Positions 23,601-32,611 are shown, counted from the stretch's first letter. The stretch is DNA of 64,000 bases from Kofleriaceae bacterium (GCA_965215005.1 CBDCCZ010000058.1:1-64000); one strand, 5' to 3'. The notes: generated by a model from the sequence alone, not told the origin. Program-made: numbers and translations.

Positions 23601-25528
23601 CAGCGCACATCGCAGAACAACCCAAAGCCGCATCCGATGCCGGTGCCGATGCACTCGAGCAAGTCGACGTTGACGTTCCACGGCATGATATGAATATCGA
23701 CGTAGGCTTCGGGGTACTCTCCAAATCCTGCTCGGTCTAAACATAGGCCTGTGCCCGCTGCACTGCTCGCGCCATCGACGTCGGCATTCTCATCGAAGCC
23801 AACCGAAACGCAACTAACAATGGCGTTGCAAGCATCCGATGGTCGCCCGCACGTCCTATTGCAGCTCTCGCAAATGTCATCGAAGCCGTTGGACCAGAGG
23901 GCGTCGCAGGTGCCACGGATATCGTTGCGATAGTCGCTCGATAAGCATTCTTGAGTGCATTGCTCCTCACACCCGACTTCTCCGCCTTCTCCGGCCCGGC
24001 AGGCGGTGTCACATTGTGCGTCGCATTCTTTGCCGCACTCTGTGCCGCACACACTGCATTCATTCATGCAGCTCCAGGTGGCCAGCTGCACGGCCTCGTC
24101 GCAGGCGCCGCCAGCGTCGCAGGAAGAAGAGGAGGGTGCGCAAGTCATCTCGCAGGCGGACCGCAGGGATCCCTCTGGCACCCAGTCACCTCCGGTTCGG
24201 GAGGCGCTGTAATCATATTCGTATGTCTCGGTTCGCTCGGTTGCGTCAGTTGCCTGTCTAAGGCCGCCATTGTCATCGTAGACGTAGGTTGCAAATAGCC
24301 CAGTGGAGACGTCAATCACCTGTTCCAGGCGATCGGCATCATCGTAATGATACTCAATGGTGCGGCCGACGGAATCGGTGACGGTTTGCAAGCGCCAGTC
24401 ATCGGCGCTGTTGGTGAGTTCCCACGCTAGCTGGAGGCCAACACCGTTGGCATCTACTAAGCTTACTAGCAGACCCCGGTCGTCGAAGTTCCGCACGACG
24501 CCATCCGGAGCGGACAACGCCCAGGTAAGCGCCTCCCCACGGCGTGTACCGCGCAGGATGAGAGGTATCCCGCTGGTGTTCTCGTAGAGAATCTCTCTTT
24601 CCTGTGCGATCGTCTCGCGGAACCGTAGCGTCGTTCCTTCGCCGGTTAAAAATAGAAGTTCGGGGCCGCAGGATGCAGAAGATTCGCGGTCGGATGCGGC
24701 AAGTACAGCGTGCTTGGCGGCTAGAAGGCTCCGCGGTCCGCGACCCGCCTCGGTTGCTCCGAGGTTTGGAAGTTGCTCCAATGGTCCTTGGGAAACGATG
24801 ACTGAGGGCTCTGGCAGTCGCAGGAGCCGCTGGTTATACGAGTGATCCCAGCCGCGGCCGAGGGGGCCATCATAGTCGATACGACTGCGATACATTCTTC
24901 GGTGTTCATAAGAGATACCGAAACCGGGCAAGGCGAGATCCGTGTGACGGATATAGAATTCTCCAGTCGCTGGATTGACGGGATCGACGAGATTGCTGGC
25001 GCTTTCGGTGTCATTGCTGGTTCCGTCTGCATTGGGAACGCGCGGCGGACCGGTATCCTGTGGCACCTCCACGCCCGCGAGTGCTTGGCGGACATCGGGT
25101 CGTTCACGACGAGCAGTCGCTTCTGCGCGAACCTGCGCGGGAAGGCTTTCCTGATTGTAGATTTCGTCGATATCGCGCGCGAAGCGGTCGAAGAACGCCT
25201 GAGTAGGCTCGGCGCCAGGCAGCCAGTCGAAGGTGATTTGAACGCCTCGCATCACCTCGCGAATGACCTCGAAAGCGACATTCGATCCTGGGCTCTCCAA
25301 GAGAACCGGCTTGATATTGCCGTCGTAGCCTTCAAATCCGCCGAGCGCTGGCTCCTCTAGGCGACAGAAGAGCTGCCCGGTGCTGACCCCGTCTCTAGTT
25401 GGCAGCTCCGTGCAAACCTGTTCCTGCGCGTAGGCTGTGCTCGCCGGCCAGAGCAGTACCGCGCCAGTGACGGCTATCAATGCAAGTAGCGTTCGTAACG
25501 ACGACAGAACCATCATGGACATCCTCAT
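17615..25528 (-). CDS. Giant secreted RHS/YD-repeat polymorphic toxin with Cys-rich insert and BECR-like RNase tip
   Basis: Signal peptide (..LLALIAVTGAVLLWPASTAYA|QE); DUF6531-like DPVNPATGEF..GPLGRGWDHSY; many YD repeats; core end RFLSRDPIG..NRYAF..PLLYRDPWGL (DPWGL at 18449-18463); ~277-aa C-terminus ending GQGVRIDAGSGRFIGFLE. Start uncertain (ATGs at 25513-25528). Confidence 0.9.
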   Translation of the reverse strand: MRMSMMVLSSLRTLLALIAVTGAVLLWPASTAYAQEQVCTELPTRDGVSTGQLFCRLEEPALGGFEGYDGNIKPVLLESPGSNVAFEVIREVMRGVQITFDWLPGAEPTQAFFDRFARDIDEIYNQESLPAQVRAEATARRERPDVRQALAGVEVPQDTGPPRVPNADGTSNDTESASNLVDPVNPATGEFYIRHTDLALPGFGISYEHRRMYRSRIDYDGPLGRGWDHSYNQRLLRLPEPSVIVSQGPLEQLPNLGATEAGRGPRSLLAAKHAVLAASDRESSASCGPELLFLTGEGTTLRFRETIAQEREILYENTSGIPLILRGTRRGEALTWALSAPDGVVRNFDDRGLLVSLVDANGVGLQLAWELTNSADDWRLQTVTDSVGRTIEYHYDDADRLEQVIDVSTGLFATYVYDDNGGLRQATDATERTETYEYDYSASRTGGDWVPEGSLRSACEMTCAPSSSSCDAGGACDEAVQLATWSCMNECSVCGTECGKECDAQCDTACRAGEGGEVGCEEQCTQECLSSDYRNDIRGTCDALWSNGFDDICESCNRTCGRPSDACNAIVSCVSVGFDENADVDGASSAAGTGLCLDRAGFGEYPEAYVDIHIMPWNVNVDLLECIGTGIGCGFGLFCDVRCDFSRTRNGWLDLCNQNHVLCCSEGDECGAGSCNEGHSCEEDCRAAFYGVPNGNDCADSRSLEGCLNLLGFPTWQPPPPGTEDYERVKNCASTVDEVAVLEGCIPTLTASCPSQCTAQCVDTCASSCVPTCDTTCNDVCHTGECGSYCDSLDLQGACEAGCVDGCIADSHGRGPIQGPKYGYLKDLNFNLVRVYDGNGDLYLTNEYGAALEDPSFDAIISQTYGDHQVAMHYRDLGSEAAGYTRVPTDGPASELVESLEEFESVSICGSCNDFTSTPSAGTFVPWGDALLEFEEPCVLLTGESSSSSFEAPIPPTLLRTRRVVNGLLLQPVKSISPPDVAPSASSYTVTAGPGTLHIAPLSDGSYLMTGSHGSLTDVMEAAPHVSLVGATGNQVYMCGVPRRVLHVSEGSCKKPFSVEYYEEYRFTPTDACSGELVLTPLATAVNDASLKRRYLSEGPSAFAAVDHFEASGLMPRRAPMVLRETYTRGRYDAETAPSGAAELTSLLTALHAAAVSPLLRPPANADELDVPVFVFHSLFGWDDWFRDLLEQLPLDKPEEQVPSCFGERTGARRGRGPLAPGPKPERATVLVDFHGVAWTYYFDEKGRTLRTVNASTGSVRSYNYDQLGQLTAVEQPLKDRVCMQYDAAGNLLQSSLYPVRNAVGSREPIIWRYSYTGFPHRLQKIFDPRRPGDDDAILEQRRYDERGNVTEVTSGLGDKTEFQLVGGDGPARGMPERRIDPDGSSTYYAYDEGVGTLRTMIEDADGPSPVISELESDAAGRPTLHRGPLGELERWQWRGGRLELHSRTANGRTDSTGFGFDPDGQLTTTLSGANLRSVTYDAIGNVETVTETALDLSARERVSCYRHGPDGRLLEQVSPDGNRTRFSYDGEGRMTSVAAVAEVSSATWDDACVVGYQGGFTGLLEGVLRTVQYNANGWPIYVNQDGLATVVRHDGFGRAAVAATGSAQLQRGYDELGNVLWESEYDGGPQDYGRPVPGASDLTAAADYTYDTLGRLTSLARWHFNAQGAAIGDGRATTQYSYEPSASRISVTDDAGYTTIYEADGAGRLVRQQLATGAVISTSYTDGGRRAFRSMPAPTPSGWLAQTTELTEWGAPARVLVRVGDRDVEVASWDYDARGRLTAHTAIGRGAHTVGYDAFDRERWREIDYGNGSIERVELEWSRNDWLTQSTSIANARSADTQYSYDALGRVRRLTEPDGRVVDVDYWFETSRPQLITDGDIHTYREYDGLGRISKLYTQGAPIDVIRSFTRHALTTMARVEDIITWFTYDSLGNRYLESNSLVASGIQHIYDGRGLPQMSSYAWNVVRRDYDPLGRLVEVLVGSELPAKVKFEYESLGPSTARIDGVSAETTRLHHYDALGRLSGLSIDRANGETIAGFDWAPAADGAPRVENAFRLLTSGERINDSVAYEVDVGGRLLTESYHSRPLDTTLVEPAASVAEANAAVQSYLDSSDTRRYDYDARHNWTSYESPLGFTTPGIGAADQYTSFLGLPLRYDRRGALRSESTTSYTYDGFGQLIRVSGPQGSRYYRYDALGRVVEESAPGGEPVRYAYDGDQLAIVARGESVTAFVSSGLDEPLIAVTDRLSYAYLHQDRIGSVFLVTDSTGEPLEWYDYTAYGVTRILDPAGVRRPESAIGNPFGFQGHHADSTLGLVHMRARTYVPAMGRFLSRDPIGLAGGSNRYAFVDSAPLLYRDPWGLDKVGVSFYRTNASYGDWRQAQFLSQGHFRGLARKRSGGGYDLTYRGTDGADYSHTITPEQVDWTSPRGYGYQQLPGNIIVPTRWNQSSAPGVLSGLRIVEVDFQNQIGGALEAMEGFQLVLELMGAAQVAGTVFLPRAAPTRAVEVLDSATLRTIRGRGTAEAARAAPKLLPALSRSTVDAALASSRGAAGQTTAGARALAKKLGHAQRNRTTSVFQGVAPTQANAEGLINGILSNPTSTVVGNRTIDVFNAAGQGVRIDAGSGRFIGFLEGALRTR

Positions 25529-25867
25529 CCCCCCGAGCAAGTCGCCCTCACGAGCGGTTCGCCTCACTTGCATAGGAAGATGCACGGCGATGAGCGCCGG
25601 CATCGAGCTCAACGAGCGCCTTCATTCGAGGAAGTCGGCGTCCGGTTTCTGCTTCTATAATCTACGGAATGCAGGGAGGACAAGTGCCGCGTGACGGTAG
25701 AAACGGGCAATTCTGTGAACAGATTGGCACTCAGCTCTTCCGACGACCCGACGAGTCTCTCATCGCTCATCGGGCGGCAGCTGTGCTGCAACGCGGCCAA
25801 GCGGGCACTCTGAGGCGAGCCTTGGCGCTCCTGGAAATCGCGGGGCGGACCGGCTAGGGTCGCGGCG

Positions 25868-26626
25868 ATGGCTACGCATCTGTCAGTCAATCTCAACAAG
25901 GTCGCGCTGCTACGCAACTCGCGCGGCGCTAGCAATCCGTCGCCGCAGCGCGCTGCCGAGACGGTGATCGCGGCGGGTGCGAGGGGGCTGACGCTGCACT
26001 GGCGGCAAGACAATCGTCACACGCGTGCGGAGGATGTGCGCGAGCTGCGCGCGCTGGCTGCCGACCACGGGGTCGAGCTCAATCTCGAGGGCGACACGCG
26101 CGCGGAGCTCATTGAGCTGGGGATCGAGCTGCGGGTCGATCAGCTCACGCTGGTGCCGGTCACGCCGGGCGAGATTACCAGCGATCACGGCTGGGACCTG
26201 CCTCGGCAGCACGCGCTGCTGGCGCCGCTGGTGGCGCGCGCCAAGGATGCGGGCATTCGCACCGCGATTTTCATGGATGCGGCGACCGAGACCATGGCCG
26301 CGGCGGCGGCGACGGGGGTGGATCGCATCGAGATCTACACCGAGCCGTATGCCGCGGCGTGGGGCACCGAGCGTCTCGATGCGGAGCTCGAGCGGGTCGC
26401 GGAGTGCGCCGCGGCGGCGACGGCGCTAGGCCTTGGCATCAATGCAGGGCACGACCTCGACCTGCACAACCTGCCGCGGCTGGTGCGCCGCGTGCCGACG
26501 CTCCTCGAGGTATCGATCGGCCATGCGCTGATCGCCGATGCGCTCTACCTTGGCCTCCATGAAGCCACGCAGCGCTACGTGCGCGCTTGCGCCGGCGACG
26601 ACGTGGAAGCACCGCTGACGTGCTGA
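25868..26626 (+). CDS. pdxJ: Pyridoxine 5'-phosphate synthase
   Basis: [38 protein letters not shown] and EVSIGHALI. Confidence 0.95.
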   Translation: MATHLSVNLNKVALLRNSRGASNPSPQRAAETVIAAGARGLTLHWRQDNRHTRAEDVRELRALAADHGVELNLEGDTRAELIELGIELRVDQLTLVPVTPGEITSDHGWDLPRQHALLAPLVARAKDAGIRTAIFMDAATETMAAAAATGVDRIEIYTEPYAAAWGTERLDAELERVAECAAAATALGLGINAGHDLDLHNLPRLVRRVPTLLEVSIGHALIADALYLGLHEATQRYVRACAGDDVEAPLTC

Positions 26627-26737
26627 ACGCTGGCGATTGCCAAGAATCGTGACCATGCCCGAAGCAGCGGAGTTATGGCCAGAAATCTGGCCTTCCTTGC
26701 GCATCCTTGCAGATAGCGCGTCTCACGGGCGAGAGCT

Positions 26738-27406
26738 TTGCTGACCACAGCGCACCAGCCAAACGCGGCGTCTGCGCTGGCCGCAGCTGCGATGCTGGCG
26801 CTGTTGTGCGCGTGCGGCGGTGGCCAACGAGCGCAGCGAGATCCGTGCGCGGGTACGATCGAGCTGCGCGGCCAACACGATCTCGACGCGATGAGGTCGT
26901 GTCGGCGCGTCACCGGTGATCTCGTGCTCGCAACCGGCGCCGAGCTCGACCTCGCTCCGCTCGCCTCGCTGACCGCGATCGACGGCGCGCTGCGAATCGG
27001 CCCGACCTTGGCGATCACCGTCATCGACGGGCTGAGCGGCCTCGAGCGCGTCGGCGGCGACGTGGTCATCGAAGCCAACGGCTTGGTGACGAGCGGCTTT
27101 TTTCCGTCTCTGCGCCACGTCGGCGGCAGCATCGAGGTGCTGCACAACGGCTCGCTGGCCGGGTTGGCACTGCCGGCGCTGCGCCGCGTCGACGGCGATC
27201 TAACGTTCGTCGCCAATCCTGCGCTCGAGCGGCTCGACTTGCCTGCGCTGCGTCACCTCGGTGGCACAATGCGGCTGCGCGGCAACCGCGCCCTCTATAG
27301 TATCCGCGCCCCGGTGCTCGAGCATGTCGCGGCGGTGCGGGTCGATGAGAGCGGCTCAGTGCCGGCCGAGCAGCTCGAATGGTTGCGTGCGCGCGCGCCG
27401 AGATGA
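26738..27406 (+). CDS. Receptor L-domain (leucine-rich beta-helix) lipoprotein
   Basis: Lipobox LCA-C and repeated L-x-x-L-x-x-V-G-G-x-L-x-I-x-x-N units. Confidence 0.7.
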   Translation: MLTTAHQPNAASALAAAAMLALLCACGGGQRAQRDPCAGTIELRGQHDLDAMRSCRRVTGDLVLATGAELDLAPLASLTAIDGALRIGPTLAITVIDGLSGLERVGGDVVIEANGLVTSGFFPSLRHVGGSIEVLHNGSLAGLALPALRRVDGDLTFVANPALERLDLPALRHLGGTMRLRGNRALYSIRAPVLEHVAAVRVDESGSVPAEQLEWLRARAPR

Positions 27407-27505
27407 GCGCGCAGTCGGCGCTTGCGGCGTCACCCGTCGCGCTTCGGCAATATTGGCTGCCGCGCCCGGTGGGACCCGTCGCAGCGATGCGCTACGATCG
27501 CGGCG

Positions 27506-30274
27506 ATGTCGGAAACCGGCGATCTCGCCATCCTAGCCAGTAATCTCACGCTCATCGACGAGCTCTACGAACGCTTTCGCACCGAGCCTTCGAGCGTCGA
27601 TGCCAGCTGGCGAGAGCTCTTCTCCAACGGCGCCACGAGCATCCCGCTGCCGGCTCCGCGGCAGCGCAGCCCGAACGGCGCAACCGCCGCCGCACAGCCG
27701 GCGCCGAGTGCCGCGCAGGGGCTGGATATCTGGCCCCTGGTCAATGCCTATCGAGTTCGCGGTCACCTCGCCGCCACGCTCGACCCGCTCGACATGCTCG
27801 AGCGGCCACGCACGACCGAGCTCGAGCCCTCGACGTACGGCCTCAGCGAGGAGCACCTCGATCGCATCGTCGCCCCCGGTGGCATGTATGGCATTGGCCC
27901 AGCGCCGCTTCGCGACATTCTTGCCAAGCTGCAAAGGACCTACTGCCGCAGCATCGGTCTCGAGTTCATGCACATCTCGACGCCGGTCAAGAAGAAGTGG
28001 CTGGCCGAGCGCATGGAGACCCTGGTGGATCGCGAGCCGCTGCCGGCGAAGGTGCGTTGCCGGATGCTCGAGCTCCTGATCGCCGCCGAAGGCCTGGAGC
28101 GCTTCTGCCACGTCAAGTATCCCGGTACCAAGCGCTTCTCGCTCGAGGGCAGCGAGAGCATGATTGCGCTGCTCGACTTGGTGCTCACCCATGGCGCCCG
28201 CCTCGGCGCCATCGAGGCGGTCTTGGGCATGGCCCATCGCGGGCGCCTCAACGTCCTCACGCAGATCGTCGAGCGCAAGCCGCGCGATGTCTTCGCCGAC
28301 TTTGAAGACATCGAGCCCGAAGCAACGCTCGGCGGCGGCGACGTCAAATATCACCTCGGTTACTCGAGCGATCGCGTCGATCCCAACGGCCGCGAGATGC
28401 ACGTATCGCTCACCTTCAATCCCAGTCACCTGGAAGCCGTTGATCCAGTCATTCTCGGCCGCGTGCGCGCCAAGCAGCGCCGCCATGACGACTGGGAGCA
28501 CCGCCGGGTGCTCGGCGTGTTGATTCACGGCGACGCGGCGTTCGCTGGCCAAGGGCTGGTTCCCGAGACCCTCAACCTCACCAATTTGCACGGCTATCGC
28601 ACCGGCGGCACCGTTCACATCATCGTCAACAACCAGATCGGCTTCACCGCATCGCCCGTCGAAGCGCGCTCGACTCCCTACTGCACTGACATCGCCAAGA
28701 TGATTCAGTGCCCGATCTTTCACGTCAACGGCGAAGACCTCGATGCGGTCGCGCGCGTCGTCGAGATGGCGATGGAGTATCGCGCTACGTTTCAGAGCGA
28801 CGTGGTCATCGACATGTTCTGCTATCGCCGGTTCGGCCACAACGAGATGGACGAGCCGAGCTTCACGCAGCCGCAGATGTACGCGCGAATTCAGCGCAAG
28901 AAGTCGCCTGTGGAGCTCTACGCCGCGCAGCTCTTGCAGGAGCAGGTGGTCACGCAAGAGCAGGTCGACGGCATCGCCAGCGCGGTTCGCGAGGAGCTCG
29001 AGGGCGAGCTCGAGGTGGCGCGGCAAGCGAAGAAACGGCCGGCGATCGCAACCATGCGCGGGGTTTGGTCGAACTACTGCGGCGGCTTCGATAGCCAATG
29101 TCCAGAGGTCGACACCGGCGTGCCGCTCGAGCGAATCCACGCGATCACCGAGCGCATGGTCGAGCTGCCCGAAGGTTTCAAGCCACACCCGAAGATCAAG
29201 CGGCTGCTCACGCAACGCGCCGCCATGGGACGCGGTGAGCGCCCGATCGACTGGGGCATGGGCGAGCTGCTGGCCTACGGCAGCCTGATTTGGGACCGCA
29301 CCAACGTGCGCCTCACCGGGCAGGACTCGGCGCGCGGCACGTTTAGTCACCGTCACGCGATGCTCGCTGACATCGAGACCGGCACCGAGCACCTGCTCTT
29401 GGGCCGTCTGCACCACGAACAAGGCACTCTGCGCATCTACGACAGCCCGCTGTCCGAAGCCGGCGTGATGGGCTTTGAGTTCGGCTACTCGCTCGACTTC
29501 CCCGACGCATTGGTCATCTGGGAAGCGCAGTTTGGCGACTTCGCCAACGGTGCGCAGGTCATTCTCGACCAGTTCCTGTTTGCTTCGGAAGACAAGTGGC
29601 ACCGACTCTCGGGGCTGGTGCTGCTGTTGCCGCATGGCTTCGAAGGGCAGGGCCCGGAGCACTCATCGGCGCGCATCGAGCGCTTTTTACAAGCGTGCGC
29701 CGAAGACAACATTCAGGTCTGCCAACCGACCACGCCGGCGCAGATGTTTCATCTGCTGCGCCGGCAGATCGTGCGGCCGTATCGCAAGCCGCTCATCGTG
29801 TTTACGCCCAAGAGCCTGTTGCGGTTGCCTGAAGCCACCAGTGACGTGCTCGAGCTCACCGAGGGACGGTTCCAGCGGGTCCTCGATGATGCGACTGCGG
29901 AGCCAGAGCGAGTGGAGCAGGTGCTCTTGTGCACCGGCAAGATTTACTATGAGCTGGTGGCCGAGCGGCAGCGGCGCGAAGAGGCGCGGGTCGCCATCGT
30001 GCGCCTCGAGCAGCTCTATCCATGGGATCCCGCGCGTCTGGGCGCGGTGCTGCAGCGCTACCCCAAGGTGCGCGAGGTGGTGTGGGTGCAAGATGAGCCC
30101 GGTAACATGGGGGCGGTGACGTTTCTCGAAGGACGTCTTCGCGCGCTCATGGACGGCACGCCGCTGCGCCTGGTATCACGCCCTGACAGCGCCAGTCCTG
30201 CCACCGGATCGCACAAGGCGCATGTTCTCGAGCAGCAGTTGCTCATGCAAGAAGCTTTCGACGGAGATAAATAG
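27506..30274 (+). CDS. sucA: 2-oxoglutarate dehydrogenase E1
   Basis: KRFSLEG, GMAHRGRLN, GDVKYHLG, NPSHLE, HGDAAFAGQG, WEAQFGDF, GQGPEHSS and SASPATG. Confidence 0.97.
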   Translation: MSETGDLAILASNLTLIDELYERFRTEPSSVDASWRELFSNGATSIPLPAPRQRSPNGATAAAQPAPSAAQGLDIWPLVNAYRVRGHLAATLDPLDMLERPRTTELEPSTYGLSEEHLDRIVAPGGMYGIGPAPLRDILAKLQRTYCRSIGLEFMHISTPVKKKWLAERMETLVDREPLPAKVRCRMLELLIAAEGLERFCHVKYPGTKRFSLEGSESMIALLDLVLTHGARLGAIEAVLGMAHRGRLNVLTQIVERKPRDVFADFEDIEPEATLGGGDVKYHLGYSSDRVDPNGREMHVSLTFNPSHLEAVDPVILGRVRAKQRRHDDWEHRRVLGVLIHGDAAFAGQGLVPETLNLTNLHGYRTGGTVHIIVNNQIGFTASPVEARSTPYCTDIAKMIQCPIFHVNGEDLDAVARVVEMAMEYRATFQSDVVIDMFCYRRFGHNEMDEPSFTQPQMYARIQRKKSPVELYAAQLLQEQVVTQEQVDGIASAVREELEGELEVARQAKKRPAIATMRGVWSNYCGGFDSQCPEVDTGVPLERIHAITERMVELPEGFKPHPKIKRLLTQRAAMGRGERPIDWGMGELLAYGSLIWDRTNVRLTGQDSARGTFSHRHAMLADIETGTEHLLLGRLHHEQGTLRIYDSPLSEAGVMGFEFGYSLDFPDALVIWEAQFGDFANGAQVILDQFLFASEDKWHRLSGLVLLLPHGFEGQGPEHSSARIERFLQACAEDNIQVCQPTTPAQMFHLLRRQIVRPYRKPLIVFTPKSLLRLPEATSDVLELTEGRFQRVLDDATAEPERVEQVLLCTGKIYYELVAERQRREEARVAIVRLEQLYPWDPARLGAVLQRYPKVREVVWVQDEPGNMGAVTFLEGRLRALMDGTPLRLVSRPDSASPATGSHKAHVLEQQLLMQEAFDGDK

Positions 30275-30277
30275 GTC

Positions 30278-31687
30278 ATGGCCGAAGAGAAAGACCTCGT
30301 CGTTCCCGCGCTCGGAGAATCGATTACCGAGGCGGTAATCGGTCGCTGGCTCAAGAAAGTCGGCGAGAGCGTCGCCGCCGATGAGCCGGTGCTCGACCTC
30401 GAGACCGACAAAATCACCGTGCAGCTGCCATCACCGGTGGCAGGCGCGCTCGCCGAGCAGCGGTATCAAGAGGGCGACACCGTCCGAGTCGGCGATATCG
30501 TCGGTCAGGTATCCGAGGGTGAGCAGGCCAGTGGCGGCAAAGCGGCGCCACGAGAGGCCGCGGGGGAGGGTAGCTCGGACGAGGGCGGCGCGGCAGAGGC
30601 GGCGAAGGGCTCCTCGTCGCCGGCGAGCGCGCCAGCTGGCAAGGATGCGCCGCGAGACGCTGCCGCGGCAGCGCCAAAGGACGCTGCCAGCACTGCGGAG
30701 CAGTCCACCGGTTCCAACGGCGCGGCTGCCGCGCGGCATGACGCCGAGGCGCATCGGCGGCTCACGCCGGCGCAACGGCGGGAGGCGCGGCGCAGCGGTG
30801 AGCAGGAGGGGCAGCAGGGCGATGCGTCGGCTCCATCGGGGGCGCAAGCTGCGAAGAGCGGGCAATCCGCGAAGAGCGCGCAGACCGCGAAGAGCGGGCA
30901 ATCCGCGAAGAGCGCGCAGACCGCGAAGAGCGCGCAGACCGCGAAGAGCGGGCGATCCGCGAAGAGCGCGCAAGCTGCGGACGAGGGGGCGCTCGAGGAA
31001 ACGGTGGCGATGTCGCCGCTGCGCAAGCGCATTGCCGAGCGGCTGGTGCAGGCGCAGCACGAGACCGCTTCGCTCACCACCTTCAATGAAGTGGACATGG
31101 GCGCAATCATGGAGCTCCGTAGCCGCTTCAAAGAGGAGTTCAGCGACAAGCACGGGATCAAGCTCGGCTTCATGTCGTTCTTCGCCAAAGCGTGCGTGGC
31201 CGCTTGTAAGTTGTTCCCGGGCCTCAACGCCGAGATTCGCGGCGACTCCATCGTCTACAAAAAGCATTACGATTTCGGCGTCGCCGTGGGCACCGATCGC
31301 GGCCTCGTGGTTCCGGTGCTCCGTCACGTCGATGCGCTCAGCTTCGCCGAGATCGAAGCTGGCATCGCGGAGCTCGGGCGCAAGGCGCGCGACAACAAGC
31401 TCGTGCTCGATGACTTGGTCGGAGGCACCTTCACCATCACCAACGGCGGCATCTACGGCTCCATGCTGTCAACGCCGCTGCTGAACTATCCGCAAACCGG
31501 CATCCTTGGAATGCACAACATCGTGCAGCGGCCAATGGTGGTGGGCGACGCTGTCGAAGTTCGGCCGGTGATGTACATCGCGCTCACCTACGACCATCGC
31601 GTCGTCGATGGCCGTGAAGCGGTGCAGTACCTGGTGGCGGTCAAAGAGCGGCTTGAGTCGCCCGACCGCTTGCTGTTCGACCTGTAG
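30278..31687 (+). CDS. sucB: Dihydrolipoyllysine succinyltransferase (E2)
   Basis: Lipoyl motif LETDK, LTTFNEVDM, KLGFMSFF, FTITNGG and YDHRVVDG. Confidence 0.96.
   Translation: MAEEKDLVVPALGESITEAVIGRWLKKVGESVAADEPVLDLETDKITVQLPSPVAGALAEQRYQEGDTVRVGDIVGQVSEGEQASGGKAAPREAAGEGSSDEGGAAEAAKGSSSPASAPAGKDAPRDAAAAAPKDAASTAEQSTGSNGAAAARHDAEAHRRLTPAQRREARRSGEQEGQQGDASAPSGAQAAKSGQSAKSAQTAKSGQSAKSAQTAKSAQTAKSGRSAKSAQAADEGALEETVAMSPLRKRIAERLVQAQHETASLTTFNEVDMGAIMELRSRFKEEFSDKHGIKLGFMSFFAKACVAACKLFPGLNAEIRGDSIVYKKHYDFGVAVGTDRGLVVPVLRHVDALSFAEIEAGIAELGRKARDNKLVLDDLVGGTFTITNGGIYGSMLSTPLLNYPQTGILGMHNIVQRPMVVGDAVEVRPVMYIALTYDHRVVDGREAVQYLVAVKERLESPDRLLFDL
30851..30976 (+). repeat. In-frame 18-bp tandem repeat, 7 units, in the SucB linker
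   Basis: Units of GCGAAGAGCG(G/C)GC(A/G)... start at 30851, 30869, 30887, 30905, 30923, 30941 and 30959, encoding AKSGQS/AKSAQT variants. Confidence 0.95.
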
Positions 31688-31747
31688 AGGCAACGCACTG
31701 CACGCGCCGCATCGCGCGTGCAGTGCCGAGTCGAGCGCGCGGCAGAA

Positions 31748-32392
31748 TCACATGAACGATGTAGCCGGTTGCGACTCGATGCGCCGCACGAGCTCACGGA
31801 GCCGGCGCATGCCGCCGATGTCGCGGCAGCGAAACTCGACCCCGAGGCCTTCATGCCCCGGCGTGCTACGCGTCCATGCCACGCGGGCTTCGATCTGCTG
31901 CGGCGCGCTGCCGCCGGGCGGCACCATGTCGATCACCACGGGGGTGCCTTCCGGGGCGAGCGTCTGCGTGGCGATGAACGCGCCGCCAGCGCCGATATCG
32001 GCGACTGTGCTGGGGTGCGTCTCCGGCTCGTTGGGGATGCGCCAGTCGACCTTGAGCTCGGTGGGCAGCCGACGGTGTCGTCGCTGCGGTGAGCTTTCGC
32101 GGCCTTGAGCGAGCTCGAGCAAGAAGTCGCGCTTGTCCTGCTCCGTCGCTAGAAACTCGATTCCCAGCCCTGCGCGGATGCTCTCGCTGCGTCTCCCGCG
32201 GCGGTGCCAAGCGACGGTGCCCCGGATCAGCAGATGGTCCCGCAGCGCCGGCATCCGCAGATCGATCACCACCAATTCTCCTGGCTCGATGAGCTTGCGC
32301 GTAGGCAAGAACAAGCCGCCAAACATGAAGGAGGGTTGGTAACGCTCCAGCACCTCGGCCCCATCCCGAAAACGCGTAACCAGAATTCGCAT
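31748..32392 (-). CDS. Tandem PilZ-domain protein
   Basis: GGLFLPT..GLGIEF, then QRRHRR (RxxxR) and DIGAGG (D/NxSxxG-like), then GLGVEF. Confidence 0.85.
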   Translation of the reverse strand: MRILVTRFRDGAEVLERYQPSFMFGGLFLPTRKLIEPGELVVIDLRMPALRDHLLIRGTVAWHRRGRRSESIRAGLGIEFLATEQDKRDFLLELAQGRESSPQRRHRRLPTELKVDWRIPNEPETHPSTVADIGAGGAFIATQTLAPEGTPVVIDMVPPGGSAPQQIEARVAWTRSTPGHEGLGVEFRCRDIGGMRRLRELVRRIESQPATSFM

Positions 32393-32611
32393 ACCCCGTG
32401 CCTATGCTGAGTGAAGGACCGACACGCGCTCACCTGAGCGGCATCGGTAGTGGCAGTATGCCGCAAAAGCAGTGTCTCACCACGCATTGGTGGGGTAGCA
32501 ACTACTCGCGCTTACTACGACTTCTGTCAACGAAGCAGACAGGACGGACGGTCAGACCAGCGGTCCTGAGAAACCCTTGGCTGGACGGCGCTGCGAGCAG
32601 CGACGGGTCGC

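Noticed and set aside
25529..25612. Upstream extension of the Rhs ORF to TTG 25612
   Set aside because: The signal peptide and purine-rich RBS-like sequence point to a start at 25513-25528.
25705..25730. Imperfect palindrome (TCTGTGAACAGA) between the Rhs gene and pdxJ
   Set aside because: It is short and imperfect, and I cannot match it to a known operator.
30851..30976. Repeat array considered as CRISPR
   Set aside because: The units are contiguous, in frame within sucB, have no unique spacers, and no cas genes are present.
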